Below, in pieces: positions 1 to 7,089 of a DNA stretch of 50,973 nt (position 1 is the stretch's first letter; each line of letters opens with the position of its first letter). This DNA comes from Clostridia bacterium (GTDB taxonomy: Bacteria > Bacillota > Clostridia > UBA1212), in contig JAZPZG010000075.1 in assembly GCA_045544575.1 (NCBI GenBank), positions 1 through 50,973 on the forward strand, given 5' to 3'. Under the pieces are notes generated by a model. That model saw only the letters and a program-made list of their open reading frames with translations. It searched no databases and was not told where the DNA came from. Position numbers and translations under genes: made by a program.

Positions 1-147
1 ATCGTATTTGATTTTTCCGGTGAAGAAATACAACGTTTTCTCGAAACACAGGAAGTTCACAAACTGGTAAATATTGAGGCTGTTCAATGGTTTGGCTTGT
101 GTAACACAAATGAAGAGATACGAAGCATCCCCCGCCCGCAAAAATGA
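1..147 (+). CDS. 3' end of a hypothetical protein, truncated by the window edge (IVFDFSGEEIQRF...IPRPQK*)
   Basis: Frame +1 is open from base 1 to TGA at 145-147 and is followed by a strong hairpin. Too short for the ORF track. Confidence 0.55.
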   Translation: MVFDFSGEEIQRFLETQEVHKLVNIEAVQWFGLCNTNEEIRSIPRPQK

Positions 148-169
148 TAGATTATACGGAAGCATAACG

Positions 170-208
170 AAAAACTGCCGATGCACTTCTATGTGTTTCG
201 GCAGTTTT
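170..208. terminator. Intrinsic terminator, probably bidirectional
   Basis: AAAACTGCCGA...TCGGCAGTTTT 11-bp inverted repeat with A/T tracts on both sides, 23 nt after the stop. Confidence 0.75.
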
Positions 209-280
209 AATATGAGCCCGGCGCGCACTCAACTTAGCGGAGAAATCCCGTTATAGACCTTTAGATAGGTGCTGTTAGCA

Positions 281-317
281 ACAGCCAAGAAAACCTCGTC
301 CGCTCGATTGACATGCT
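281..317 (+). repeat. 37-bp direct repeat, copy 1 (ACAGCCAAGAAAACCTCGTCCGCTCGATTGACATGCT)
   Basis: Identical to 1928-1964; similarity continues loosely for about 13 more nt (TTCCGAAATTGAA vs CGCTGAAATTAAG). Confidence 0.95.
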
Positions 318-336
318 TTCCGAAATTGAATATAAT
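308..336 (+). promoter_or_regulatory. Perfect sigmaA/sigma70 consensus promoter TTGACA-N17-TATAAT
   Basis: TTGACA at 308-313 (inside the 37-bp repeat), 17-nt spacer, TATAAT at 331-336. Confidence 0.85.
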
Positions 337-349
337 CATACCAAAACGA

Positions 350-709
350 AGACTCGTTGGTGCTCTAATTGGGGGTGCCGTCGGATATGTAATTGGACCT
401 TCTGCAAGTAGTGGTATTGTCCTTTGGTCGGGAAATGGAAATGCTAGTGTTTTTCAGGCAGCGAAATCATTTGCTGATAAAAATGGTTTGAGGGTTTTGG
501 AAAAGAATCAAAAGGGGAAAATCTTAACCAAAATGCAAAACAAACTAATTAAAGAGCATGGCAAGGATCCCTCGTGGAAAATAATGAAGGGGACGGTCCA
601 TATTTTTCTTAAGGCAAGTGGTATTCGATTTGAAAGCACATTTCTTACCATTGAGTATTGGATACTTAGAGAAATGGGTGTCAATATGGTATTTCATTTT
701 ATCGATTGA
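350..709 (+). pseudogene. Orphan C-terminal tip of a polymorphic (RHS-like) toxin, ADP-ribosyl-cyclase/NADase-like, 5'-truncated
   Basis: Gly-rich hydrophobic GALIGGAVGYVIG segment followed by LWSG, VLEK..KG, KGTVHIFL and STFLTIEYWIL, resembling ADP-ribosyl-cyclase-fold motifs. No RBS or start after the promoter; the ORF-track start at 269 lies within the promoter/repeat region. Confidence 0.5.
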
Positions 710-719
710 GGGGAAATAT

Positions 720-1142
720 ATGAGAAGTTTTGTTTTGGTTAATATACGTGACGAAAAGAAAATAAAGAAATACCAAAAAGATTGTTTTTTTAAGCAAAGT
801 GTCATTTTACCATATTACCGAGAAGGATACATTTGTTTTTCCTCTTGTAAAAAGTATTCTTTTGAAGAATTAGTAAAAATGTTTCTTCAGGGCAATGAGA
901 GTGAGCAGATTGGAGCCATTTCGATTATTGCTGAAAGTTATCCTTGCGAGTTGTATCGACTTATATGTAGTCGAAGAGATAGCTTTTCGCTTGAAAAATT
1001 AAGATTTATATATGACTTTGTTGTTCCAAGCTACTTGCCGTTAATCCTACCCAAAGAACGTTTATTTGATTATGAATTTGACAAGAATTTTTCAAACGAT
1101 ATATGGGTTAATATTTTAATAGAAATCCGCTCTCTTATGTAA
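720..1142 (+). CDS. Hypothetical 140-aa protein, candidate immunity protein for the upstream toxin tip
   Basis: GAGGGG RBS right after the toxin stop, ATG at 720; position typical of a cognate immunity gene. Confidence 0.6.
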   Translation: MRSFVLVNIRDEKKIKKYQKDCFFKQSVILPYYREGYICFSSCKKYSFEELVKMFLQGNESEQIGAISIIAESYPCELYRLICSRRDSFSLEKLRFIYDFVVPSYLPLILPKERLFDYEFDKNFSNDIWVNILIEIRSLM

Positions 1143-1186
1143 AGAAATACAGAAATTTGTTTTTAATTTGAGGAAAGGGGGACGTA

Positions 1187-1708
1187 ATGAAGAACATTGT
1201 CTGTTTATTGGTAATTATCGTTTTAGTACTGGTGTTTAGTTCGTGTGAGAAAGGAGATTTTAATACGTTTTTTTGCGACAAGAACAACAAACTTGCAGAT
1301 ACTCGCATGGAGGAATTATTTGATGCAATCAAACATAAAAATGGAGATGTTATCAAGAAAATGTTTTCTGAAAAGGCTGTTAACGAAGCCGGAGAGCTTG
1401 ATGTCGAAATAGAGGATTTGCTATCTTTTGTTCAAGGAAAAGTCGCTTCATGGAGTCGTGATGAATCTCCGATAGTTTTTGACAGTAATGAAGAAGGGGG
1501 TAAGAAAAAACAACTTGTAACATGGTATACTCTAAATACTGACGAACAAAGCTATTTGGTTTTTCTTGTGGATTATCCAATGGATACAATCGACCCTAAA
1601 AATAACGGATTGTATTCAATAAGGATTCTTAAAGCGGAAGATGAAGGTAATTTGTTAGGCACGTGGGAAGAATGGGTAATTCCCGGCGTATATGTTATGA
1701 ATAATTAA
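1187..1708 (+). CDS. DUF5104-like lipoprotein (candidate immunity protein)
   Basis: Signal peptide with lipobox FSSC; ADTRMEELFDAIKHKNGDVIKKMFS...GLYSI pattern recalled from DUF5104 proteins; RBS AGGGGG. Confidence 0.65.
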   Translation: MKNIVCLLVIIVLVLVFSSCEKGDFNTFFCDKNNKLADTRMEELFDAIKHKNGDVIKKMFSEKAVNEAGELDVEIEDLLSFVQGKVASWSRDESPIVFDSNEEGGKKKQLVTWYTLNTDEQSYLVFLVDYPMDTIDPKNNGLYSIRILKAEDEGNLLGTWEEWVIPGVYVMNN

Positions 1709-1884
1709 CATTAGTTTTGCTTCGTTAGCAGAACTTTTGATCTTACGGTTACAAAATTGCCTTTAAGTGAGGAAACCGTTGGAGGGGTTTATTCTCTGAC
1801 TGTTACTCTCACGAAAAAGGTGGCAATCATATGTAAAGTGAATTTACGATTTGACCTAAAAACTATTAAGTAAATTATGTTTTT

Positions 1885-1918
1885 TCCCTCTGTGCCCTAC
1901 GGTTGCAGAGGGAGTTTT
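1885..1918. terminator. Intrinsic terminator hairpin
   Basis: TCCCTCTG...CAGAGGGA stem, T tracts on both sides, immediately before repeat copy 2. Confidence 0.65.
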
Positions 1919-1927
1919 ACGTCCTTG

Positions 1928-1964
1928 ACAGCCAAGAAAACCTCGTCCGCTCGATTGACATGCT
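1928..1964 (+). repeat. 37-bp direct repeat, copy 2
   Basis: Identical to 281-317; TTGACA kept at 1955-1960 but the -10 position reads TTACTA (degenerate). Confidence 0.95.
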
Positions 1965-1995
1965 CGCTGAAATTAAGTTACTAAATCATCGTTTT

Positions 1996-2559
1996 TTATG
2001 ACTCCGCAAAATCTCCATGCTCATCAAAATTGCAGTTTTTCAGAAAATTTGGTTGTGCTATACAGGGCGGCTCGATGTGATATCCTTTGTTCTTCAAAAG
2101 ACGAAACTTGAAATCTAAGAGCTCGGCGGGAACGCAAAGATCTTTTGCAACGTCAAAAAATGATTTGTCGCTGGTATTAAGTTTTTCGAGAAGTTCTTCG
2201 TCATCTATTAAGAGTTCTGCCGCAAATAGATTTGCTTCATATTCGGTTGCGGTGGTTGTATCAAATAATTCAATTTCCTGAAAACCGCGCATTGTGTTAA
2301 GTTTTCCGTGTAACAGTGCATGTCCTAACTCATGAGCGCACAGCACTTTTTTTACAATATCAGCGGAATTGTTATTAAGAATGATGTTTTTTACTCTTGA
2401 TTGATAAAAATAGTAAGCTTTTACTGCTGTTCCTAAATTTTTGTAGTGTATTCGGATATTAAGTCTGTCGCACAGTTCAAAGGGATCACGTGTGCCATAT
2501 TTATGAATTAAAAAATCAATTTCTTTAAAGATTAAGTGCGTGTTAGTACGTGTAATCAA
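1996..2559 (-). CDS. ImmA/IrrE family Zn metallopeptidase (anti-repressor)
   Basis: CAHELGHALLH (HExxH), TRDPFELC N-terminus, EYEANLFAAELL motif. TTG start chosen 7 nt after a GAGGT RBS. Confidence 0.9.
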   Translation of the reverse strand: MITRTNTHLIFKEIDFLIHKYGTRDPFELCDRLNIRIHYKNLGTAVKAYYFYQSRVKNIILNNNSADIVKKVLCAHELGHALLHGKLNTMRGFQEIELFDTTTATEYEANLFAAELLIDDEELLEKLNTSDKSFFDVAKDLCVPAELLDFKFRLLKNKGYHIEPPCIAQPNFLKNCNFDEHGDFAES

Positions 2560-2586
2560 TGTTAACCTCACTAAAATTTTAATAAA

Positions 2587-3033
2587 TTAATTGTTTTTTC
2601 TTTTTCGGACTCTTTTAGATGTAAATTTTGAACGGGCTTCTTCTTTCGAATCCAAATAGACTTCCATAAGGGATTGGAAAAATAAATCTTTTGCGGAATC
2701 ATCAAGTTCGCCTCCTGCAAAGAGTGCCGATGCACGCTCAAGAATTTCGGCTGCTTCTTTTGCACCTTTATAACCATATTTACTTTGGGCTTTGGTAATA
2801 AATATATCATAGTCAATGCTTTTTTGCATATCTACTTCATTTTCATCTAAAAGATAAGCTACAGAGACGTTTAATGCAGCGGCTAATTTGCGAATATTTC
2901 CGCTTCGGGGTAAAATACCGGTCTGCTCATACGTATATAACGAGCGTTCGGAAATACCCGATAACTCTGCAACCTCGCTCTGTGACAGGTTTTGTGCAAG
3001 CCTTGCTCTTTTTAATTTTTCGCCAAATGTCAT
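2587..3033 (-). CDS. XRE/Cro-C1 family HTH repressor (ImmR-like)
   Basis: MTFGEKLKRAR...LSQSEVAELSGISERSLYTYEQ HTH_3 pattern; GAGGTG RBS; directly upstream of immA. Confidence 0.9.
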   Translation of the reverse strand: MTFGEKLKRARLAQNLSQSEVAELSGISERSLYTYEQTGILPRSGNIRKLAAALNVSVAYLLDENEVDMQKSIDYDIFITKAQSKYGYKGAKEAAEILERASALFAGGELDDSAKDLFFQSLMEVYLDSKEEARSKFTSKRVRKRKNN

Positions 3034-3074
3034 AGTGAACACCTCGTAAAATTTTAAAAACTTCCGATTAAGTA

Positions 3075-3103
3075 TTGACAAACTTCTTAAAAACAGATAT
3101 ACT
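3075..3103 (+). promoter_or_regulatory. Rightward sigmaA promoter TTGACA-N17-TATACT
   Basis: Hexamers at 3075-3080 and 3098-3103, flanked by inverted TTCCGATT/AATCGGAA and three AAACTTC copies. Confidence 0.75.
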
Positions 3104-3129
3104 TTCAATCGGAATAAAACTTCTGGTTA

Positions 3130-3158
3130 ATTTTAACAAAGAACAAGATTTCTGTCAA
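3130..3158 (-). promoter_or_regulatory. Leftward sigmaA promoter TTGACA-N17-TAAAAT for the repressor/immA operon
   Basis: Reverse strand TTGACA 3158-3153, 17-nt spacer, TAAAAT 3135-3130. Confidence 0.75.
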
Positions 3159-3215
3159 CCGTGTGTGAATATTTTTTTAAGAATTCTAATCTTGAGGAAA
3201 CGGAGTGTTTAAGTT

Positions 3216-3392
3216 ATGGAATCGAAAAAGCAAATTTATATATCAAGCTGCCCCGTGTGCGGTAGGACGTTATTTAAAGGTACTGAAGATTCTTGTATTG
3301 AAGGAGGATGCCCGAAATGTAAGGAGTATTTACGGATTTATTTCAGCAAGACAGGATATCAGGTACACGTAATAAACCAAGAAAAAATTTAA
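3216..3392 (+). CDS. 58-aa zinc-ribbon protein (CPVC...CPKC), Com-like; absent from the ORF track
   Basis: MESKKQIYISSCPVCGRTLFKGTEDSCIEGGCPKCKEYLRIYFSKTGYQVHVINQEKI*; GGAGTG upstream; two CxxC pairs. Confidence 0.75.
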   Translation: MESKKQIYISSCPVCGRTLFKGTEDSCIEGGCPKCKEYLRIYFSKTGYQVHVINQEKI

Positions 3393-3450
3393 AATAATTA
3401 AACAATTTTGCTGAAGAGAAACGTCGGACTTGTTTATTAGTCAAGAAGGA

Positions 3451-3508
3451 CCTGGCAAATACAGAAGATGCATCAATGTGCAATCTGTATTTGTCAGGCT
3501 TTTTTTAT
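3451..3508 (+). terminator. Intrinsic terminator between the zinc-ribbon ORF and the HTH/lysis genes
   Basis: CCTGGCAAATACAGA...TCTGTATTTGTCAGG 15-bp stem followed by a long T tract. Confidence 0.8.
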
Positions 3509-3522
3509 TTTTTGTGTTTATT

Positions 3523-3541
3523 ACGGACAATAGTTGTCCGT
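3523..3541. promoter_or_regulatory. Palindrome ACGGACAA-tag-TTGTCCGT, candidate operator
   Basis: Perfect 8-bp inverted repeat about 40 nt upstream of an HTH gene. Confidence 0.5.
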
Positions 3542-3579
3542 TTTTAACATTATTATGCTTAATGAAAGGAGGTGAGAGA

Positions 3580-3945
3580 ATGCAAGGAACAGCCGAAAGA
3601 AGAATTGAGATAATGAAGGTGTTATGCAGACGCAGATATGAAACAATCTCAAATTTAGCTTTCGAATTCGGTGTTTCGGAGCGAACTATAAGGCGAGATA
3701 TTGAAATACTAAGCATAAGTGAACCGATATATACGCAAGCAGGGCGATACGGAGGGGGTGTATATGTAGTCGGAAATTATTCAATGTCTCGGATGTATAT
3801 GACCGATGAAGAAATGACTGTATTACGTAAGATTGAAAAGGCTGTTAATAATTGTACATGTTGCGATCTTGATGACAGAGAAAAAGAAACTTTGCATTCT
3901 CTCATTGAAATATACACAAAACCCAAAATAAAGAAAGGAGCCTGA
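3580..3945 (+). CDS. HTH domain protein (DeoR/HTH_11-like N-terminal wHTH)
   Basis: TISNLAFEFGVSERTIRRDIEILS...GRYGGGVY; strong AAGGAGGTG RBS before ATG 3580. Confidence 0.8.
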   Translation: MQGTAERRIEIMKVLCRRRYETISNLAFEFGVSERTIRRDIEILSISEPIYTQAGRYGGGVYVVGNYSMSRMYMTDEEMTVLRKIEKAVNNCTCCDLDDREKETLHSLIEIYTKPKIKKGA

Positions 3946-3946
3946 T

Positions 3947-4237
3947 ATGGAAGAGATACGTATTATTTTGGAACGTCATGAACAAAAGCTTCAAAATTTA
4001 GGTGAAGAAATTTTCGGCTTAAGGGCTGTGCAAGCTGAAATACGGTCAATGAATGAAGCTTTGGTTATTTTAGCTACGGAGGTAAAACATGCCAATGAAC
4101 ATTTAACAAGGCATGAACAAAAAATTGAAGAAATAGAGAAACAGCCCAAAACACGCATGCAACAAATTGTAACTGCGATTATTTCGGCGTTAGCAGGAGG
4201 AGTAATTTCGGCAGTTATAGGTTTGTTTTTTGTATAA
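3947..4237 (+). CDS. XhlA-like phage lysis accessory protein (coiled coil + C-terminal TM helix)
   Basis: Heptad-rich N-terminus, hydrophobic C-terminal helix, located before holin and endolysin. Confidence 0.6.
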   Translation: MEEIRIILERHEQKLQNLGEEIFGLRAVQAEIRSMNEALVILATEVKHANEHLTRHEQKIEEIEKQPKTRMQQIVTAIISALAGGVISAVIGLFFV

Positions 4238-4252
4238 AGAAAGGAGAAAATA

Positions 4253-4540
4253 ATGGAGTTTCAACAGTACATTAAAAGTGAATTAACGATCCTAATTCCC
4301 GTGTTGTATATTATAGGATTAGGTATTAAAAAAAGTAAAATAGCAGACAAATACATTCCTTTGATACTCGGGGTTACCTCAGTTATTCTGTCAGCCTTAT
4401 GGGTGTTTGCAACGGAAAATCTTGAAAGCGGAAAAGATATATTAGCAGCGTTTTTTACTGCTGTAACGCAAGGTGTGTTGTTTGCAGGGGCAAGTGTGTA
4501 CGCTAATCAATTAAGTGTACAAGCCAAGAAAAACGAATGA
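4253..4540 (+). CDS. Phage holin family protein
   Basis: 95 aa with 2-3 TM segments; ELTILIPVLYIIG...KYIPLILG...TQGVLFAGASVY holin-family pattern. Confidence 0.85.
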   Translation: MEFQQYIKSELTILIPVLYIIGLGIKKSKIADKYIPLILGVTSVILSALWVFATENLESGKDILAAFFTAVTQGVLFAGASVYANQLSVQAKKNE

Positions 4541-4557
4541 GGTCAGGAGAAAATACA

Positions 4558-5532
4558 ATGAGCTTTGTAATGAGAACAACAAAACCCGAGGCGGGAAATA
4601 AGTACTATATCAGAAAAGAAAGCGGAGGGTATTCGGATGCAGTGCAGGGATTGCCTAAAGATAGAGACTGCGATGTGCTTTCCAACTGCGTAGGATATGC
4701 TTACGGACGCTTTAACGAAATTGGCGGATATGGATATTGTAAATATCTCCTGCCGACAAATGCGGAAAATTTTATGAAGTATAAAGGCGATTGCGAGAGT
4801 GGTCAAAAACCTAAGCTTGGTGCTTGTATGGTATGGAGAAAAGGAAAAACTTTTACAGGTTCTGACGGCGCAGGTCATGTGGCTATCGTGGAAAAGATTA
4901 TCAGCGAAACAGAAGTTTATACTTCGGAGAGCGCATACGGTTCAGTTGCTTTTTGGAATCAAGTACGCAAAAAAGGAATAGACGGAAATTGGGGGGCAGG
5001 CTCGGATTATACATTTATCGGCTTTATTTATAATCCGGCGGTTAAGGAAGATTCAAGTGCTGATTTAAAAGGAGTTCAAAAAGCTGATACGATTCAGAAA
5101 GGTGATATTGTAGCTGTTGCGGACAATGCGGTATATTACAACAGTAAAAAAACTGTTCCTATGTGGGTAAGAAATAAAAATTGGATTGTTCGCAGCATTA
5201 GTGATTCACGTGCTGTGATAGATAAATCGGAGGACAAAACGAGTGCTATTTGCAGTCCGATACACGTAAAATATTTGAAACTTATACGTAAAGCCGTAGA
5301 TAAGCCTGAAAAAGAGAATTTTGCCCCATACAGAGTCAAGATTACAACAACTGCTTTAAATATCAGAAAAAGTGCCGGAACAAATGCATCGGTGGTGGGG
5401 TGTATTCGAGACAAGGGCATATACACTATTGTAGATGAGGCTGACGGAATTGGCGCAACAAAATGGGGAAAACTTAAATCAGGTGCAGGGTGGATAGCAT
5501 TGGATTATACGTTATTTTTGTACAAGGTTTGA
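4558..5532 (+). CDS. CHAP-domain endolysin with SH3-type cell-wall-binding domains
   Basis: LSNCVGYAYGRF (catalytic Cys) and GAGHVAIVE (His); C-terminal LNIRKSAGT...WGKLKSGAGWIAL SH3b; GGAG RBS before 4558. Confidence 0.9.
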   Translation: MSFVMRTTKPEAGNKYYIRKESGGYSDAVQGLPKDRDCDVLSNCVGYAYGRFNEIGGYGYCKYLLPTNAENFMKYKGDCESGQKPKLGACMVWRKGKTFTGSDGAGHVAIVEKIISETEVYTSESAYGSVAFWNQVRKKGIDGNWGAGSDYTFIGFIYNPAVKEDSSADLKGVQKADTIQKGDIVAVADNAVYYNSKKTVPMWVRNKNWIVRSISDSRAVIDKSEDKTSAICSPIHVKYLKLIRKAVDKPEKENFAPYRVKITTTALNIRKSAGTNASVVGCIRDKGIYTIVDEADGIGATKWGKLKSGAGWIALDYTLFLYKV

Positions 5533-5636
5533 ATTAAATGCGTGCTATTGTTTTTTTAGCACTTCTGTTTGCGGGAAAGGTACTGCATTGTTGGGAATTT
5601 CTATGCTGCTTCAATAAAATTATTACCTCGGAAATG

Positions 5637-5665
5637 TTGAAACTTGCGAGGGGGAATGTTATAAT
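5637..5665 (+). promoter_or_regulatory. sigmaA promoter TTGAAA-N17-TGnTATAAT for the udg pair
   Basis: Hexamers at 5637-5642 and 5660-5665 with an extended -10. Confidence 0.65.
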
Positions 5666-5702
5666 GTAATAAGAAACAGATTGTATCTTCGGAGGGGCAG
5701 AA

Positions 5703-6251
5703 ATGACTTGGAAGGAGCTCGAAAATAATTGCAGAAGATGTCAGGGATGCGGACTTGCCGCTACCAGGACCAATATGGTTTTCGGAAGAGGCAGCCGTAC
5801 GGCAAAGCTCCTTTTCGTAGGCGAGGGTCCGGGATATAACGAGGATATTCAGGGCGTTGCCTTTGTGGGACAGGCGGGAAAGCTCCTTGATCTGGCTCTT
5901 GAAGCCTGCGGCTTCAATGAAAACGATTATTATATTGCAAACGTAGTTAAATGCCGTCCTCCCGAAAATCGTAATCCTTCTGCAGAGGAATGTGAGGCGT
6001 GCATGCCTAATTTGCGTAAACAGTATGCCTTGCTGAAGCCGAAAATAGTAGTTTGTCTGGGCAGCGTCGCATGTGCGAATCTCATTGCTCCCGATGCAAA
6101 GGTGAGCAATTCCCGCACGAAGTGGATTGAAAAAGGCGGAGCTTTTTTTACTGCCACGTATCATCCTGCGGCTCTTTTGCGTGATGAGACAAAAAAACTT
6201 GACATGTACAGGGATTTGTGCGAGGTAAAGAGAAGGTTGGACGAGCTATGA
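5703..6251 (+). CDS. udg: Uracil-DNA glycosylase family 4 with 4Fe-4S ligands
   Basis: CRRCQGC, VGEGPG, NVVKCRPPENRNP, YHPAALLR motifs. Confidence 0.92.
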   Translation: MTWKELENNCRRCQGCGLAATRTNMVFGRGSRTAKLLFVGEGPGYNEDIQGVAFVGQAGKLLDLALEACGFNENDYYIANVVKCRPPENRNPSAEECEACMPNLRKQYALLKPKIVVCLGSVACANLIAPDAKVSNSRTKWIEKGGAFFTATYHPAALLRDETKKLDMYRDLCEVKRRLDEL

Positions 6252-6919
6252 GCAAGGAAGTTGAATTAAAGGCTCTTTATGACGAATACATTCGAGAAGT
6301 GACACAAAATCCGACGTGTAAGAATGCGGGAGGCTACAGCTTTGTTCTCGGAGACGGTTCCGCAGACAGCAAGGTTGTTCTTATAGGGGAAGCACCGGGA
6401 AAAGACGAGGTTGCCGAGGGCAGACCGTTTGTCGGTAAGGCAGGAAGTATTCTGGATTCATTTATGGATGGTGCCGGTATTGTCAGAAGTGAGCTTTTTA
6501 TAACAAATTCAATAAAATACAGGCTTGCTCGTGAAAGCAAGTCGGGAAAAGGATTGGCAAACCGCCCCGCAAAAACGAAAGAAATAGCTCAAAGCGCTGT
6601 ATTTCTTGCAAAAGAATTGCAGATAATAAACCCGAAAATAATTGTTACGCTGGGAAACGTTCCTTTAAAATCGATTTCGCTGTGTGCTGAATCTTTCAAT
6701 GTGAGCGGCAGTATTGATGAGTTGCTTTTATCCTTAAAAAAAGGCGTTGGGACATGTCACGGACGTTCTTTTGAGATTTTTTTCGGGGACGGTAAGAATC
6801 CGGGGGAGAAGTCCTCGTTGCTCTTTCCGTTGTATCATCCTGCAAGTATTATCTATAATAGCTCGCTTAAAGCAGTTTATGAAAAAGACCTTGCAGCATT
6901 AAGAAAACTGATTTTGTAA
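6248..6919 (+). CDS. Second family-4-like uracil-DNA glycosylase lacking the Fe-S cysteines
   Basis: IGEAPG, RPFVG, TNSIKYR, YHPASI motifs; ATGA overlap with the first udg. Confidence 0.85.
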   Translation: MSKEVELKALYDEYIREVTQNPTCKNAGGYSFVLGDGSADSKVVLIGEAPGKDEVAEGRPFVGKAGSILDSFMDGAGIVRSELFITNSIKYRLARESKSGKGLANRPAKTKEIAQSAVFLAKELQIINPKIIVTLGNVPLKSISLCAESFNVSGSIDELLLSLKKGVGTCHGRSFEIFFGDGKNPGEKSSLLFPLYHPASIIYNSSLKAVYEKDLAALRKLIL

Positions 6920-6960
6920 TAAAAATGGGTTTGGCGTTGATGTTTTCGTCACAAGCTCAC

Positions 6961-6989
6961 TTGACAGCGTATATATATTATGCTATTAT
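6961..6989 (+). promoter_or_regulatory. pflB promoter TTGACA-N17-TGnTATTAT
   Basis: Hexamers at 6961-6966 and 6984-6989; followed by palindrome TTGTGCA-N9-TGCACAA (6996-7018). Confidence 0.65.
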
Positions 6990-7089
6990 TTGATGTTGTG
7001 CATTATTGGTGTGCACAATGACAAACAACTATATGTTGTAGAATGTGAATAAATTTGACACACTATTTTGTGTAAGTAGGAGGGGTCTT

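Noticed and set aside
1705-1735. Integron attC-like site (AATTAAC...GTTAGCA)
   Set aside because: Does not fit RYYYAAC/GTTRRRY, lacks the inner inverted repeats, and no integron integrase is present.
1715-1873. Open frame FCFVSRTFDLTVTKLPLSEETVGG...KTIK after the DUF5104-like gene
   Set aside because: No start codon or RBS and no recognisable motif; could be another toxin-locus scrap but cannot be supported.
281-1964. 37-bp repeat as a CRISPR array
   Set aside because: Only two copies 1.6 kb apart with genes between them, no palindrome, no cas genes.
1996-5532. Complete prophage or ICE
   Set aside because: No integrase, terminase, capsid, tail, relaxase or T4SS gene in the window, and no att pair could be identified.
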